64,000 nucleotides of DNA from a virus. This document shows positions 50,436 to 61,166 of this stretch, in pieces. The stretch's first letter is position 1. Every line of letters starts with the position of its first letter. Position numbers and translations under genes: made by a program. The notes beneath the pieces are model-generated. The model had not been told where the DNA came from and did not search any database. It saw nothing but the letters and a program-made list of their open reading frames with translations. Location: IMG/VR virus record IMGVR_UViG_3300019760_000006, positions 1 through 64,000 of that record; one strand, given 5' to 3'.

Positions 50436-51246
50436 TCTTGATAAAATAAAAACCCCTAAAAAGAAACCAAAAAAGATTAAAAGGTATTTGAAGGATATTG
50501 ATCTTGATCATATTGCTATGACAAGTGGTATGGGGGCTGCAAGTGAAATGAATGAACCATTTATTCTTAAGTCTGTTGAAAAATCAAGTAAAGATGAAAA
50601 TACTTATACAGAAGAAGAGACAGGTATTCTTAAAGAACTTGGGGAATGGAAAGAAGAGTATATAACTATTAAATCTGTTAGTAAAACTACAGATATTCTA
50701 AATGAAGCTGAAGAAAATCCAAATATAAAAGAAGAACAAAAGGAGAAAGAAACAACAATGTCTAAACAGAATGATGGTGTGGTAGAGACACCTGTTGTTA
50801 GTGTTGAGGAACTTGATGCACTACGGCAGGAAGTTATGAAGATGAAGAAAGAGAATGAGATTCTTAAATCTAATGAATTGATTAAGGATTTTATTTTTTC
50901 TAATGATGAAGATAAACAGAAAGAAATTAAAAAAGGTGTAGCTGAGATTATCTCTACTATTGAATTTGAGTCAAGAGAAATTCTTACAAAAGCTTTTAAT
51001 GCTGCTATCAAACATGTTTCAACAAAGGCTGTAGAAAAAGCTAAGTCTGAGGATAAGAAACCTGAAGAGAATACTTTGAAGAAGATGTTGGATGAAGAGG
51101 TTGGTAGTGAGGATGGTGAGGATAAAGATGCACTCCTGAAAGGTAATCCTGAAGGTAGGACAGAAGTTGATAAGTTTAACGAAGATTTCACTAAGTACTT
51201 TAATAAATCTAAAGGAATTAAAGAAGACAATCAGGAGGGGAAGTAA
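50428..51246 (+). CDS. Capsid scaffold protein
   Basis: Charged coiled-coil ORF between protease and capsid genes; GGAGG RBS. Confidence 0.7.
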   Translation: MNDLDKIKTPKKKPKKIKRYLKDIDLDHIAMTSGMGAASEMNEPFILKSVEKSSKDENTYTEEETGILKELGEWKEEYITIKSVSKTTDILNEAEENPNIKEEQKEKETTMSKQNDGVVETPVVSVEELDALRQEVMKMKKENEILKSNELIKDFIFSNDEDKQKEIKKGVAEIISTIEFESREILTKAFNAAIKHVSTKAVEKAKSEDKKPEENTLKKMLDEEVGSEDGEDKDALLKGNPEGRTEVDKFNEDFTKYFNKSKGIKEDNQEGK

Positions 51247-51252
51247 TATATA

Positions 51253-51735
51253 ATGCCTACAGTAACTAATAGTACAAAAAGACGACAGATTTCTGAACTA
51301 ATTAAAGGGTATGATAATTTTCAGTATGAGAAGGGTATTAACTTCTATTTTGCAACAGTTGATGTAAAAGGAACTGCTGCTATTGATCCAATTGGAACCC
51401 CTCTTGTATGGAATAATACAACCTCTGCTTTTGAGGTTTTTATAGCTCAAGATTTTAGTGCTATTGCTACATCACCACTTCCTGACAAATCACCTATCTG
51501 TCTTACTGTTGGTGATAATAGAGGTGTTGGTTTTAATGAAGCAGATACACAACTTATTGCAGATACAGCCACTAAAATGACAGTTATTTTTAGAGGTGAG
51601 GCTGGTGTGAGTGAAGCTGGATTGGATTGGGGAACTGCAAATGGAACCAATCAGGGGCTTTTTAAAAATAAACTTGAACAGCAGAAAATTGCAATTGTAG
51701 AGAGTGCCACTGAAGTCACTCCTTCTTTTATTTAA
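51253..51735 (+). CDS. Head decoration protein (lambda D-like position)
   Basis: 160-aa beta-rich ORF directly upstream of the major capsid gene. Confidence 0.65.
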   Translation: MPTVTNSTKRRQISELIKGYDNFQYEKGINFYFATVDVKGTAAIDPIGTPLVWNNTTSAFEVFIAQDFSAIATSPLPDKSPICLTVGDNRGVGFNEADTQLIADTATKMTVIFRGEAGVSEAGLDWGTANGTNQGLFKNKLEQQKIAIVESATEVTPSFI

Positions 51736-51758
51736 TGAGAGGTGAAATAAAATAATAT

Positions 51759-52850
51759 ATGAAAATTAATCAGACAGAAATCAGTTATGATGTAAAGAAA
51801 CAGGCTCAGGTAACTTCACAAGGAAACCCTTGGCTATTCCACGATAGAACAGATCTTCTCCAGAATTTTCAGGTAAAGCCGGGAATTTTTACTGCTTTGT
51901 TCGGTGGATCTTTTACTACAGACAACCTTAAAACTCATACTTATGAATTTGATCGTACATTTGAGACACTGGCGATGCCAGGTGGTAAACGTTATGATGA
52001 GATTGGTAAGGATCTGAAGAAAGATCAGCACGATATGAAATACTATGGTGTACCTTCTTTTGGTCTTAGATATAATGTCATGGCACAGGATTGGATGGAC
52101 AGACGACAGCCTGGCACTATGGAGCTTATGAATGAGGCTTATGTTGAAAGTCAGATGGCTCTAAAAGCTGAAAGAGCTTGGGGTTTGTTTACAGAGTATG
52201 GTATTGCCTCTCTCCTTCTGACTGATCAGAATATCATCCTTGATGGACCTTATACACAGTATAATTATTACACAGATCTTATTGGTGGTGCTCGTCCTGC
52301 TAAAGTTGATATGAAACTTGATGAGAATGTAAATCATGAAGATCTTATGAATGCTGAAGTTGATAATATTACTCAGAAAATTATGAAAGCGGGAATGTCT
52401 GCTGGAATGATGGTTTGTCTTTGTGGAACTACTTACTTTAATCAGAGGTTGGAGATTGAAAAGCTTACAACTCTAAACCGTGAAATCAGAAATCGTCTTG
52501 ATCTTGCATCAATGCCTGTTCCTGAGTCTTCTTTTGGTACTGGTGATCTTCCCTATCGGAACTTTGAAGGTATGCTTGATGGTGTTCTTTACATTCATAT
52601 TGGTAATGAAATTCTTACAGGTACAAAAGTAATTGCTGACACTGATGCATACCTTATGCCAATGGGTCTTAGTGGTTGGCTTGCAAAAGCTTATGCTCCT
52701 GCTATTGATAGAGAGAATGTGAATAAAGAGGCTCGCGATATGTATATGTGGAGTTATGAAGATAGGTTTGGTCTTAACACTTATTTTGAAAGTAATGTGC
52801 TCTTCGCTAATCGCAGACCAGAATTTATCACTCATTTGAAGAATACGTAA
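51759..52850 (+). CDS. Major capsid protein (HK97 fold, lambda E-like)
   Basis: 363 aa; AYAPA...VN...Y...ESN.L....RPE C-terminus; position; downstream terminator. Confidence 0.88.
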   Translation: MKINQTEISYDVKKQAQVTSQGNPWLFHDRTDLLQNFQVKPGIFTALFGGSFTTDNLKTHTYEFDRTFETLAMPGGKRYDEIGKDLKKDQHDMKYYGVPSFGLRYNVMAQDWMDRRQPGTMELMNEAYVESQMALKAERAWGLFTEYGIASLLLTDQNIILDGPYTQYNYYTDLIGGARPAKVDMKLDENVNHEDLMNAEVDNITQKIMKAGMSAGMMVCLCGTTYFNQRLEIEKLTTLNREIRNRLDLASMPVPESSFGTGDLPYRNFEGMLDGVLYIHIGNEILTGTKVIADTDAYLMPMGLSGWLAKAYAPAIDRENVNKEARDMYMWSYEDRFGLNTYFESNVLFANRRPEFITHLKNT

Positions 52851-52868
52851 TAAAAATAATAGTTTATA

Positions 52869-52891
52869 TAGGGCCTGAAATATGGCCCTTA
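52869..52891 (+). terminator. Hairpin after the capsid gene
   Basis: AGGGCC-TGAAATAT-GGCCCT. Confidence 0.6.
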
Positions 52892-52918
52892 GAAAATTAT
52901 TATAAAGGAAGTTGATAA

Positions 52919-53362
52919 ATGGCAACTATTGATCGAGATAAGTTAAGAGAAGATGTAAAGTTTTGGTTGCCAGATGGTAATACATTATCTGATGATCAAA
53001 TAGAAAAATTAGATGAGATGATTATTGGAAAGATAGGTGATGATGATACAAAATATGATCAAATACTTTGCCTATCTATTGAGTTAGCTGCTATTAAAAA
53101 TTCTTCTAACTCTTCAATATCATCTACTGATGTAAAGAAAGAGAAACTTGGGCCTCTTGAAATAGAAAGTTTTAAGAGTAATAGAATCAAAGATCCTTGG
53201 CCTGATTGGATTAAATATGATCTACCTTTTATCTGTGCAATTATTGGATACACAGATCATTTAGTTAAACTTAAACATTTTCAAATATATGTATCTCCCG
53301 GCGAAGATATTGATATATTTGATGGACAATGTGACGATTATAGTCAACGATGTAGTTATTAA
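52919..53362 (+). CDS. Head-tail adaptor (putative)
   Basis: Follows MCP; KKEKLGPLEIES beta-hairpin motif. Confidence 0.65.
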   Translation: MATIDRDKLREDVKFWLPDGNTLSDDQIEKLDEMIIGKIGDDDTKYDQILCLSIELAAIKNSSNSSISSTDVKKEKLGPLEIESFKSNRIKDPWPDWIKYDLPFICAIIGYTDHLVKLKHFQIYVSPGEDIDIFDGQCDDYSQRCSY

Positions 53363-53472
53363 CAAGTAAGTTAACAAGTAAATTTATATAACACAACATA
53401 ATTTCCCCGACAATGTAATAATGTTTTAATAATTCAAAAGAAACAATAAAAAAGGAGAAGAAAAAGGAAATT

Positions 53473-53745
53473 ATGGCAGACACAAGACCTGATGTAATTT
53501 TGAATGGTGAAGAGTACCAAGATCTTTATGCAGCTACAGGCATTACTGTTGGTACTAAATTAATTCTTTTTAACAAATCTACATCTGATGTGAGTGTAAT
53601 ACTATCAGCAACAAAACCACTTAATAATGATACAAAAGGTATAAGAATTGAGATTAAAGGTTCTATACGTGCTTTCACTGTTGATAGTGGAGAGAGTGGT
53701 TGTTGGGCTAAAGGATGGGGACCATTATCAGTGCAGGAAGCTTAA
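53473..53745 (+). CDS. Small virion-associated beta protein
   Basis: 90 aa, DLYAATGITVG...NK...CWAKG; heads the fibre-like gene block. Confidence 0.55.
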   Translation: MADTRPDVILNGEEYQDLYAATGITVGTKLILFNKSTSDVSVILSATKPLNNDTKGIRIEIKGSIRAFTVDSGESGCWAKGWGPLSVQEA

Positions 53746-53783
53746 TATGAACTTAAATTATAATAATACAGGAGGTTCATATT

Positions 53784-55430
53784 ATGGCTATTAGACCTTA
53801 TTTTGGAGGTGGTACCGGTGGTGGTTTTGCTTTAGGCCATTTAGACAATCTTTTTGGGGCTACAAGTGGTGATGCAACAGCCTCTCCTTCGATAGTCCTT
53901 CCTGCTGCAAATAAAGCTGCTGCTATAGCTGTTAGAGATGCTTACTCATCTGCAAATCCTTCTTGGCTTGCTGAATATGATGCTGATAGTAATCTTAATA
54001 TTAGATTAATATATTTAGATGGTGGGAATACTATTGTTGTACATCAGATTAGACAAGGAGGTAGTTGGGTTGATAACGGAAGTGTAACTGCTGTTGAAGG
54101 GCTACCAGGAAGTGGTACTGACTTCTCTCATGTTTCTGATAATCATATTCCTGCTATTGGTGTTGGTCCTGACAAACTTCCATATGATAGTGGTATTGAT
54201 CACGATCCAGTAACAGGTAATCTTAGAACACCGGCTTCATTAACTGTTGGAAGTAATTCACTATCATTTGATGATGCTCAGACAATAAGCAGTGGTATTG
54301 AGAATGTCTTCTTTAAACTTGATTTTCAAGATGAAGTTTATTCCCCTGCATGGCAGCAAGCAAATTTAGATGCTTCTGGCAGAGTTAGAAATAGGAAGTG
54401 GATTGGTGATATTAAATCAGATTTTGTTAAACAGCCGATAGATACTGAAACACTGTCTGACCCTGTAACATTTAATTACACTGCATCTGATAATATCAGA
54501 ATAGCTGATTTTCAGTTGAAACTTGAAGATGCAGCTACAGATTTGACAATATCAATTACAACAACATCTGATGAGAAGGTTTGGAAATACAATTTTGGAG
54601 TTGCATCTCCTGGGTTAAATAAATTTAATATTATTAATAAAACATCACCTGTAGATGTAAGAATTGGTGATGAGTATAAGATAACAATAAGTGGTGGTCG
54701 AGTTAAAGGAAGTGCTTCAAACATTCCTTGGTTTACCGAAACCTATCGTGCCTGGAAAGATGTTGATTTAGCAAGAATGGAAGATTTAGGTGGAGATCAT
54801 ACAAAGATTAAAACTTTTATAATGAGAGATCAGCCAACAAAGGTTGCTGCCGGTACACTTCTAACAGGTAATAGAACATTTGATTTTAGTTTAGAAATGC
54901 ATGAAGGTGTCGTAGGTAATGGTACGCTAAGACAGAATGGTGGAATATTAAAAGCTGACATTTCTCCAGCTGGTTATTTTTTTAACCAAAGCTTATCCCC
55001 TATTACATTAAATTCTGGTGAATCTTCAACCTGGACTCTTGAGTTTACCCTTACAACTGGTGGTATTATAAGTAAATCATTTACAGTATCTGCTGTTGAC
55101 GCAGAGGAGTTAATGTATTGGGATGTACAAACATCTCATGATGCAAATGCATTTAATTATGTTAGCATAACCTCAAGACATGCAGAAATAAATACAGCAA
55201 TAAAGATAAATATTCAGACATACACAGGCAGCAAATACTTTGCTATTGCACAACCAACATCTGAAGCAGATATAACAAAACTCGTTATAGGCGGTATAAA
55301 TCAGATTGGGGCATTCACTAAAAACACATCTGCTATTACAATTAATACAATATCATATGATGTGTGGATTAGTAATAATCTTTTACTTGGAAGTGTTGTA
55401 TCTGGAGAGACAGTGGAGGTTATAAGATGA
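53784..55430 (+). CDS. Fibre/appendage-like structural protein
   Basis: 548 aa; Gly-rich N-terminus, beta-sandwich-like domains; in the structural operon. Confidence 0.6.
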   Translation: MAIRPYFGGGTGGGFALGHLDNLFGATSGDATASPSIVLPAANKAAAIAVRDAYSSANPSWLAEYDADSNLNIRLIYLDGGNTIVVHQIRQGGSWVDNGSVTAVEGLPGSGTDFSHVSDNHIPAIGVGPDKLPYDSGIDHDPVTGNLRTPASLTVGSNSLSFDDAQTISSGIENVFFKLDFQDEVYSPAWQQANLDASGRVRNRKWIGDIKSDFVKQPIDTETLSDPVTFNYTASDNIRIADFQLKLEDAATDLTISITTTSDEKVWKYNFGVASPGLNKFNIINKTSPVDVRIGDEYKITISGGRVKGSASNIPWFTETYRAWKDVDLARMEDLGGDHTKIKTFIMRDQPTKVAAGTLLTGNRTFDFSLEMHEGVVGNGTLRQNGGILKADISPAGYFFNQSLSPITLNSGESSTWTLEFTLTTGGIISKSFTVSAVDAEELMYWDVQTSHDANAFNYVSITSRHAEINTAIKINIQTYTGSKYFAIAQPTSEADITKLVIGGINQIGAFTKNTSAITINTISYDVWISNNLLLGSVVSGETVEVIR

Positions 55431-58400
55431 CTATACCATTATTTGGGAAATTAGTTAGTGCTACCGGTCAACCTTATGCTGATGCTGATGCAGTTGAAGT
55501 TGACACAACAAACTTTAATAAGAATCTCTCAGCATCAGATGATGAAATACAGAAAGCTTTAGAGACTATAGATGAGCTTGATATTGGTGGTGAAGTTTTT
55601 AATCCTGCTGATCATTCAGTTACAGAGTTTAATGATATCACTGATGCCGGTAGTGGAGAAATAATTACTGCTGCTGAAAGACAGCAACAAGAAAATAATA
55701 CATCTGAAATTACTGCAATAAGAGCAATACTGGCTCAAGAAGAGGTTGTTTATAGATATATTGGGAGTATTGCACCAACCATACCGTCCTCGTACAGAGG
55801 TGAGTATTATGTTGAGATTGTTAACCCAATAGAAGATATAACAACTACATTACCTAATTTCGCACACAACGAAAATGCAACTAAATATGGTGTTGTTAAT
55901 AAGTCGGATACTTACAATGTTATAATAAATTCTCCAAGTGGGTATAGTATTGACGGAGGGTCTAACTATATTATAAGACCTGATTCATTTGCTTACTTCG
56001 TTAAAAAAGATGACACCAGATGGGTTGTTGGGTTATCAGGTACAAACACAGATGAAGCTGGTATAGAGCTTGATGATGGTGTTAATGACGTTGGTGGCAT
56101 TAAAAAATTAGTAGTTAATGGGATGAAGGTTGAAGCCATAAACACTACGGATGCCAATTTAAAATCGTATACAGAACTTATGACTCTTGATGGAGATGGG
56201 AATCCAACTCAATACACAGGTCAGGGACACGTTATTGAACTAAACCCGCCATTACGAGCATACCCTCACCCTTCAGCACAAGACACCTTGATAATGGATA
56301 TACAGCAAGGGTATTATGAGAAAGTTCATGTCCCTGGATTCTTAGGATATCTTGGTGATACAGAATCAATACTTCCACGTTTCGAAGATGAAAATAAATA
56401 CTTTAAAGGCGCTCTATTTTTCGAAAATGTCGTAAAAGACAGGGGTGCGTTTATTGAGATTGATAGAACTAATAAGGCATACGGCATTCAAGAGTTCGAT
56501 GGTCTTGACCCTAATGTATCTGGTGGCAATGACTACCTTATTGTATTCAGAGCGGCTTTGATCGGGACGGCTCCGAGAGATGGAAATGTCAGGCTTGAGT
56601 TGGTGAAGAAAGACGCAGACCCATCAGATCCAGATCTTGGATATATTACAGACAAAAACGGAAAACCAATTGTTGTTGAGAGAGCTTTCAAATCTGGTCA
56701 GCGCCTTGGAATAATGGAAGCCGCAGGAATAGTAAACGTCACTGGATTGCAGGAGTTTAAGTGTATTGTGACAGATACATTTCAACAGGGTGAGGTTATT
56801 CTCGGGGATAGGGCAAATGGTGGTACAGGGTTGTTGATCCAATGCCTTACATCTGAATATAAAACAGGTGATGCATTACAGCAGTTTGAATTAGATACTG
56901 CTCAAAATCTTGAATACAGCTCTTATTATTTAGGTGCTGATATTATAGATTTCAAGGCTGATTTTACCTATCCTGTAGCCGAAACGTTGCTTACAGCGGG
57001 AAATATACTTTTTAAAACTCACAACGCACATCTTCTTGCCGGTACTAATTTATTGCATGGTCAAGGAAACAATCATCTTAATATAAAAGATGACGGTGCG
57101 GTTACAATGTTTTCTCTTGATGAGGTTATTGATAATGAAAAGTCGCATACGCTGAAAGGAAAACCAATGCGCTTTTCTGTCACCATGACAAATGACAACT
57201 CTGATTTTGATGCCTATGTCTGCAAGTATACTGGAGACTCTACTAACACAAGGACTTCTATTGTAAGTGGATTTAATGGTGATGGTTCTCCTATCTTTCG
57301 GTCTGGATGGTCTGTAGCAGACCAATTCTTAATACCACAAACATCATTAGGCACTGATGTCACAACTAATCACGATTTAGTATTGCCTACTGATGCAAGT
57401 ATCAATAACTTCGGGTTTTTAATCAAACCAACAACGGCCACCTTCCCGTTTGAATGTGAGATAGGAAACCTTAATGCCGAGTGTACTGACCCATTTACAG
57501 GCTACTATTTAAAATTACCATCAACCGTTGAAGAAGCTCACCTTGAGTTTGATAAAGAATACAAAGGTTTTTCACTTAACTCTGAAGGCAATCAGACTTT
57601 AAGATTTACTATTAACAATCTTCCTATTACCGGAACCCCGATGCCTACGGGAAATCCAGGAAAAGGATTAGCACCGATTGAAAGCAACTCTTCTGTAGAT
57701 GATATCCCTCCGCAAGACTCTACATATGGAAGAGCAGGGATTAAGGTTAAAAAAAGCGGTAGGGTGGATGTTAAAACAGGGTTGAGGCTATACTCTGAAA
57801 AATCAACTGATACATCCGTTACATTCTGGTGGGAGATTTATAACGCCGGAGCTGATAACTTTAAAATAGATGCTTCGGAAACAACTTTTGATATTAAAGC
57901 AAACAGTAGCAATATCGCTTATAGCATGAATGAGTGGGGATGGGACGCAACCACAGATATGGTCTTCCTGCTTAAAGCTCAAGCAAGTGAGACGGATGGT
58001 TCATTTCTTGAATCTTATCTCGGTGGACCAGACATGGTTGACATTGATATCGATTTCAAGTCTTTGAGCACTGGCGAGTCTGCTGATGAACCAGCCGATG
58101 CGATATTCGTAGGTGACGAATTAGACCAGGTATGGGAAATAAAATCAGGCACGGATGGCCGACTCGAAACGCTACAGGATGGAGAGTTACCAGAGAATAC
58201 AAATTATCATGTAATCGGGACTGATTTTGATACTAATGATTTTGTGGTAGATCAGTTTGGTGGCATAACCTTGGTAGACAAACCAATAGCCACAGATTAC
58301 ACAGAGATCAGCGCGGACACAGATCTTGATGGGCCAAGGAACTACATTGTTGATACTCTGACACCTGCCACAACAGTCACCATCAACATACCTTTCGAGG

Positions 58401-59770
58401 AGACTTCATCTTTCACGGTACGTGACGAGAAAAAGGAGTTTGATGCTTATAACTGTATTGTGACGATCAGGGACGCATCTGACTCAATTGTCCATACCGC
58501 AACTCTGAACAATCGTGATAAAGGGTGGATCTTTTACAACAGTGACGGAACGGAAAACGGGTGGAATTATGGTGAGATAGGTAAGGGTGGTACAACAGCC
58601 ATTGCTTCTGATCATGTTGCATCAGTTGACTTTCCTGCTACTGAATTAAGTATTGAAATCTATGATCCTAATACAATTGCTGATGATGTATTTGATATGG
58701 ATAATATGGCAGAAAGTGTTACTTCTAAAGTAATGACTGCCGATGAAAGAACAAAGCTTGGTAATATGTCGAGCAATGGTACTGGTGATCATTGGGTTAG
58801 TGGTTTGATGATTGCTGAAGATGATCCAAAGAGTCAGTCATTACAATATAACAACGGTACTTATATGATTAATGGTTTTATAAAGACCGTTGCTACTGGT
58901 GGTGATTATGACCTTACATCACATTACACTGGATTGACAAGTTATCAACATGCTTTTGTAACAATCTATGTTGATGGTGATGAAGTCATAAAATCAACTC
59001 GTGGTCCTGCTGCTGATAAGTATGAGCTACCTGATACTGCTGCGCATATTGATGACTCAGTGACACTTGCTTTCATTGAGATAAAAGTTGATAATGGTGG
59101 ATTACCAAAAGATATTGGTAATAAAGAAATACAAGATGCAAGATGTTATAACAATCCTAACTCTGATGAGTTTGTTAAGGTAAGTGCTGATGACACAACA
59201 ACAGGTCATTTAATAGATAAACTATCTAACAACGGTAATATTTCATTTACTATTGAGAATGTTGGGTCTAACGAAACAATTAAAGCTGATTATTCTGGAA
59301 GTTCCAATCCACCAAGACTAAATGCCCATTTGTCAACAAATTTATCACTATCTCTTGAAATAGAGACAATTATTGAATTTAACACTGTTGAAAATGCGTT
59401 AGATATTTCTTTATCTTCTGGTGAAATAACTTTTACACATGGTGGTAAGTATTGTGGTCATTTAATTTTAAGTATTGATGAGGATAGAGATCCAGAAGTT
59501 TATGTGTGGGTTGAAAAAAAGCCAATTTCAACCGGTGTGTGGGAGTTAGCCAATAACATGAGTGTTTTGAAAGTAAAAGAAGACGGGACTTATTTTCTGC
59601 CAGGAGATGTAGAAGTAGATAGTGGGGATATTATAAGATTTAAAATTTACTATACAAAATCAGATGCAACTGCTGATCTTATTTCAATATCAAAAACTTT
59701 TTCTCTTGGGACACTGGTACAAGAATCAGCATCTGTTAGTCTAATAAAGGTTGGGGAGGTGACACCATAA
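55427..59770 (+). CDS. Large mosaic fibre-like protein (1447 aa)
   Basis: NLSASDDEIQKALETID, MTADERTKL and VKVSADDTT.G.L.DKL shaft-type motifs; GC-richer central segment. Confidence 0.65.
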   Translation: MTIPLFGKLVSATGQPYADADAVEVDTTNFNKNLSASDDEIQKALETIDELDIGGEVFNPADHSVTEFNDITDAGSGEIITAAERQQQENNTSEITAIRAILAQEEVVYRYIGSIAPTIPSSYRGEYYVEIVNPIEDITTTLPNFAHNENATKYGVVNKSDTYNVIINSPSGYSIDGGSNYIIRPDSFAYFVKKDDTRWVVGLSGTNTDEAGIELDDGVNDVGGIKKLVVNGMKVEAINTTDANLKSYTELMTLDGDGNPTQYTGQGHVIELNPPLRAYPHPSAQDTLIMDIQQGYYEKVHVPGFLGYLGDTESILPRFEDENKYFKGALFFENVVKDRGAFIEIDRTNKAYGIQEFDGLDPNVSGGNDYLIVFRAALIGTAPRDGNVRLELVKKDADPSDPDLGYITDKNGKPIVVERAFKSGQRLGIMEAAGIVNVTGLQEFKCIVTDTFQQGEVILGDRANGGTGLLIQCLTSEYKTGDALQQFELDTAQNLEYSSYYLGADIIDFKADFTYPVAETLLTAGNILFKTHNAHLLAGTNLLHGQGNNHLNIKDDGAVTMFSLDEVIDNEKSHTLKGKPMRFSVTMTNDNSDFDAYVCKYTGDSTNTRTSIVSGFNGDGSPIFRSGWSVADQFLIPQTSLGTDVTTNHDLVLPTDASINNFGFLIKPTTATFPFECEIGNLNAECTDPFTGYYLKLPSTVEEAHLEFDKEYKGFSLNSEGNQTLRFTINNLPITGTPMPTGNPGKGLAPIESNSSVDDIPPQDSTYGRAGIKVKKSGRVDVKTGLRLYSEKSTDTSVTFWWEIYNAGADNFKIDASETTFDIKANSSNIAYSMNEWGWDATTDMVFLLKAQASETDGSFLESYLGGPDMVDIDIDFKSLSTGESADEPADAIFVGDELDQVWEIKSGTDGRLETLQDGELPENTNYHVIGTDFDTNDFVVDQFGGITLVDKPIATDYTEISADTDLDGPRNYIVDTLTPATTVTINIPFEETSSFTVRDEKKEFDAYNCIVTIRDASDSIVHTATLNNRDKGWIFYNSDGTENGWNYGEIGKGGTTAIASDHVASVDFPATELSIEIYDPNTIADDVFDMDNMAESVTSKVMTADERTKLGNMSSNGTGDHWVSGLMIAEDDPKSQSLQYNNGTYMINGFIKTVATGGDYDLTSHYTGLTSYQHAFVTIYVDGDEVIKSTRGPAADKYELPDTAAHIDDSVTLAFIEIKVDNGGLPKDIGNKEIQDARCYNNPNSDEFVKVSADDTTTGHLIDKLSNNGNISFTIENVGSNETIKADYSGSSNPPRLNAHLSTNLSLSLEIETIIEFNTVENALDISLSSGEITFTHGGKYCGHLILSIDEDRDPEVYVWVEKKPISTGVWELANNMSVLKVKEDGTYFLPGDVEVDSGDIIRFKIYYTKSDATADLISISKTFSLGTLVQESASVSLIKVGEVTP

Positions 59771-59809
59771 TGTATTGGAAGTGACATATTAAATAGTTAA
59801 TAGGTAATT

Positions 59810-59850
59810 GCAGTGGAGGAGTATTGATTAGTATCCATCTTCTCCACTGC
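59810..59850. terminator. Hairpin / possible terminator
   Basis: GCAGTGGAGGA...TCTCCACTGC stem. Confidence 0.5.
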
Positions 59851-59895
59851 TAAATAGAAAAAAAGGAAGAAAGAAAGAAAGGAGTTATTATGTAG

Positions 59896-60300
59896 ATGGG
59901 AGATAATGATAATAGTACTTTTTGGGATAGAGTTTTAGATTATCTTTCTAAGGTTATGTTACCTTTGTGTTTAGCTGGTGTGTGTTCTGGTGCTTTTTTT
60001 GCTTATGGTTCTATACAGTCTAATAAGATAAATGTAGAACATGTTCAGGCAGACATACAACGTGTATCCTCAGAACACAATAGTAGAATAATGGCAAACC
60101 AAATTGGTTTAGAAAAGACAAACGAGAAGGTGCATAAAATAGAGGTTCTTTGCGAAAATATGTATCGAACTTTGGATAATATAGAAGAGAGAATGAGAAG
60201 TAACGATAAGAAAACATATTCTGAACTTAAGAATATAAATAAAACTCTTGCTGTTTTAAAAGATAGAAGTGAAAGGCAGACAGACAAAGAGATTAATTAA
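59896..60300 (+). CDS. Single-TM coiled-coil protein (holin-like candidate)
   Basis: One N-terminal TM followed by a coiled coil. Confidence 0.45.
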   Translation: MGDNDNSTFWDRVLDYLSKVMLPLCLAGVCSGAFFAYGSIQSNKINVEHVQADIQRVSSEHNSRIMANQIGLEKTNEKVHKIEVLCENMYRTLDNIEERMRSNDKKTYSELKNINKTLAVLKDRSERQTDKEIN

Positions 60301-60321
60301 TACAGGAGGTGATAGTAATTA

Positions 60322-60687
60322 ATGGCATATGCAGGTGATTTAAAAGTTAATTTTACAAATCTAATAGCTAAGTATGGAAGTAGTTATACACTGAAAAGGA
60401 AGACAAGTTCTGGAACTCTAATAGACCCTTTGAATCCGACAAAAAGGTATGCAGAAACAGAAACAACACATACAATTACAGGATTTTTATCAGCTTACGA
60501 CAAAAAAATGATTAACAAACAACTTGTAGAGATCACAGATATTCCTATGTATGTATCTCCGACAATTACTTTCAATGGTGATACTGATAAGATTACAGTT
60601 AACTCAGACGAATATTCTATTGTTACTATCACACCTTACACAGTAAATAATGATGTGATTTATTATGAACTACAGTTACGTAAATAA
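60322..60687 (+). CDS. Head closure / head-tail joining protein
   Basis: LIAKYG...L.R...DP...D...Y.IV......YELQLRK pattern; position. Confidence 0.75.
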   Translation: MAYAGDLKVNFTNLIAKYGSSYTLKRKTSSGTLIDPLNPTKRYAETETTHTITGFLSAYDKKMINKQLVEITDIPMYVSPTITFNGDTDKITVNSDEYSIVTITPYTVNNDVIYYELQLRK

Positions 60688-60716
60688 CTGTGGATACGTA
60701 AATAAAAAGGTAGTAT

Positions 60717-61139
60717 ATGGCTAAATCTTTTAAAACATTCGCAAAAGAATTAGATAAAGAGTTTGATGTTATCAAAGAGGATATCGAACATAAATACAAA
60801 CAAACAGCTATTGATTTTCTTGATTATGTAACATCACCTCCACCTAAAGGGACACCAAGAGATACAGGATTTACTTCTAATAGCTGGCACATATCTCTAA
60901 ACTCACCTTCATTGAATCATGTAGGTGAACCGAGTACATCAACTGGAGCTAATACAGCTAAAGCACGACAAGAAGAAAGTATTCATAACTTAGAATTAGC
61001 AACATTAGAGAATATTAGAAGTATATTTATCAACAATCCAAATTCATGGATAAGTGACTTAGATGCTGGAAGTAGTACTCAAAATCCTGGTGGGTTTGTA
61101 GCTATGGGGGGACAATATGCCGAATCAAAAATTAAATAA
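60717..61139 (+). CDS. Neck / tail completion protein (HK97 gp10-like)
   Basis: TPRDTG...SW...N......L..GSS.Q.P.GFV motif. Confidence 0.8.
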   Translation: MAKSFKTFAKELDKEFDVIKEDIEHKYKQTAIDFLDYVTSPPPKGTPRDTGFTSNSWHISLNSPSLNHVGEPSTSTGANTAKARQEESIHNLELATLENIRSIFINNPNSWISDLDAGSSTQNPGGFVAMGGQYAESKIK

Positions 61140-61166
61140 AACAATTAGGAGGAGTGAAGGTATGAA

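Noticed and set aside
50604-51230. 208-aa minus-strand ORF and similar antisense ORFs (e.g. 13601-13984, 34542-34949, 52509-52925)
   Set aside because: They are shadows of well-supported genes on the opposite strand, with no RBS or recognisable motifs.
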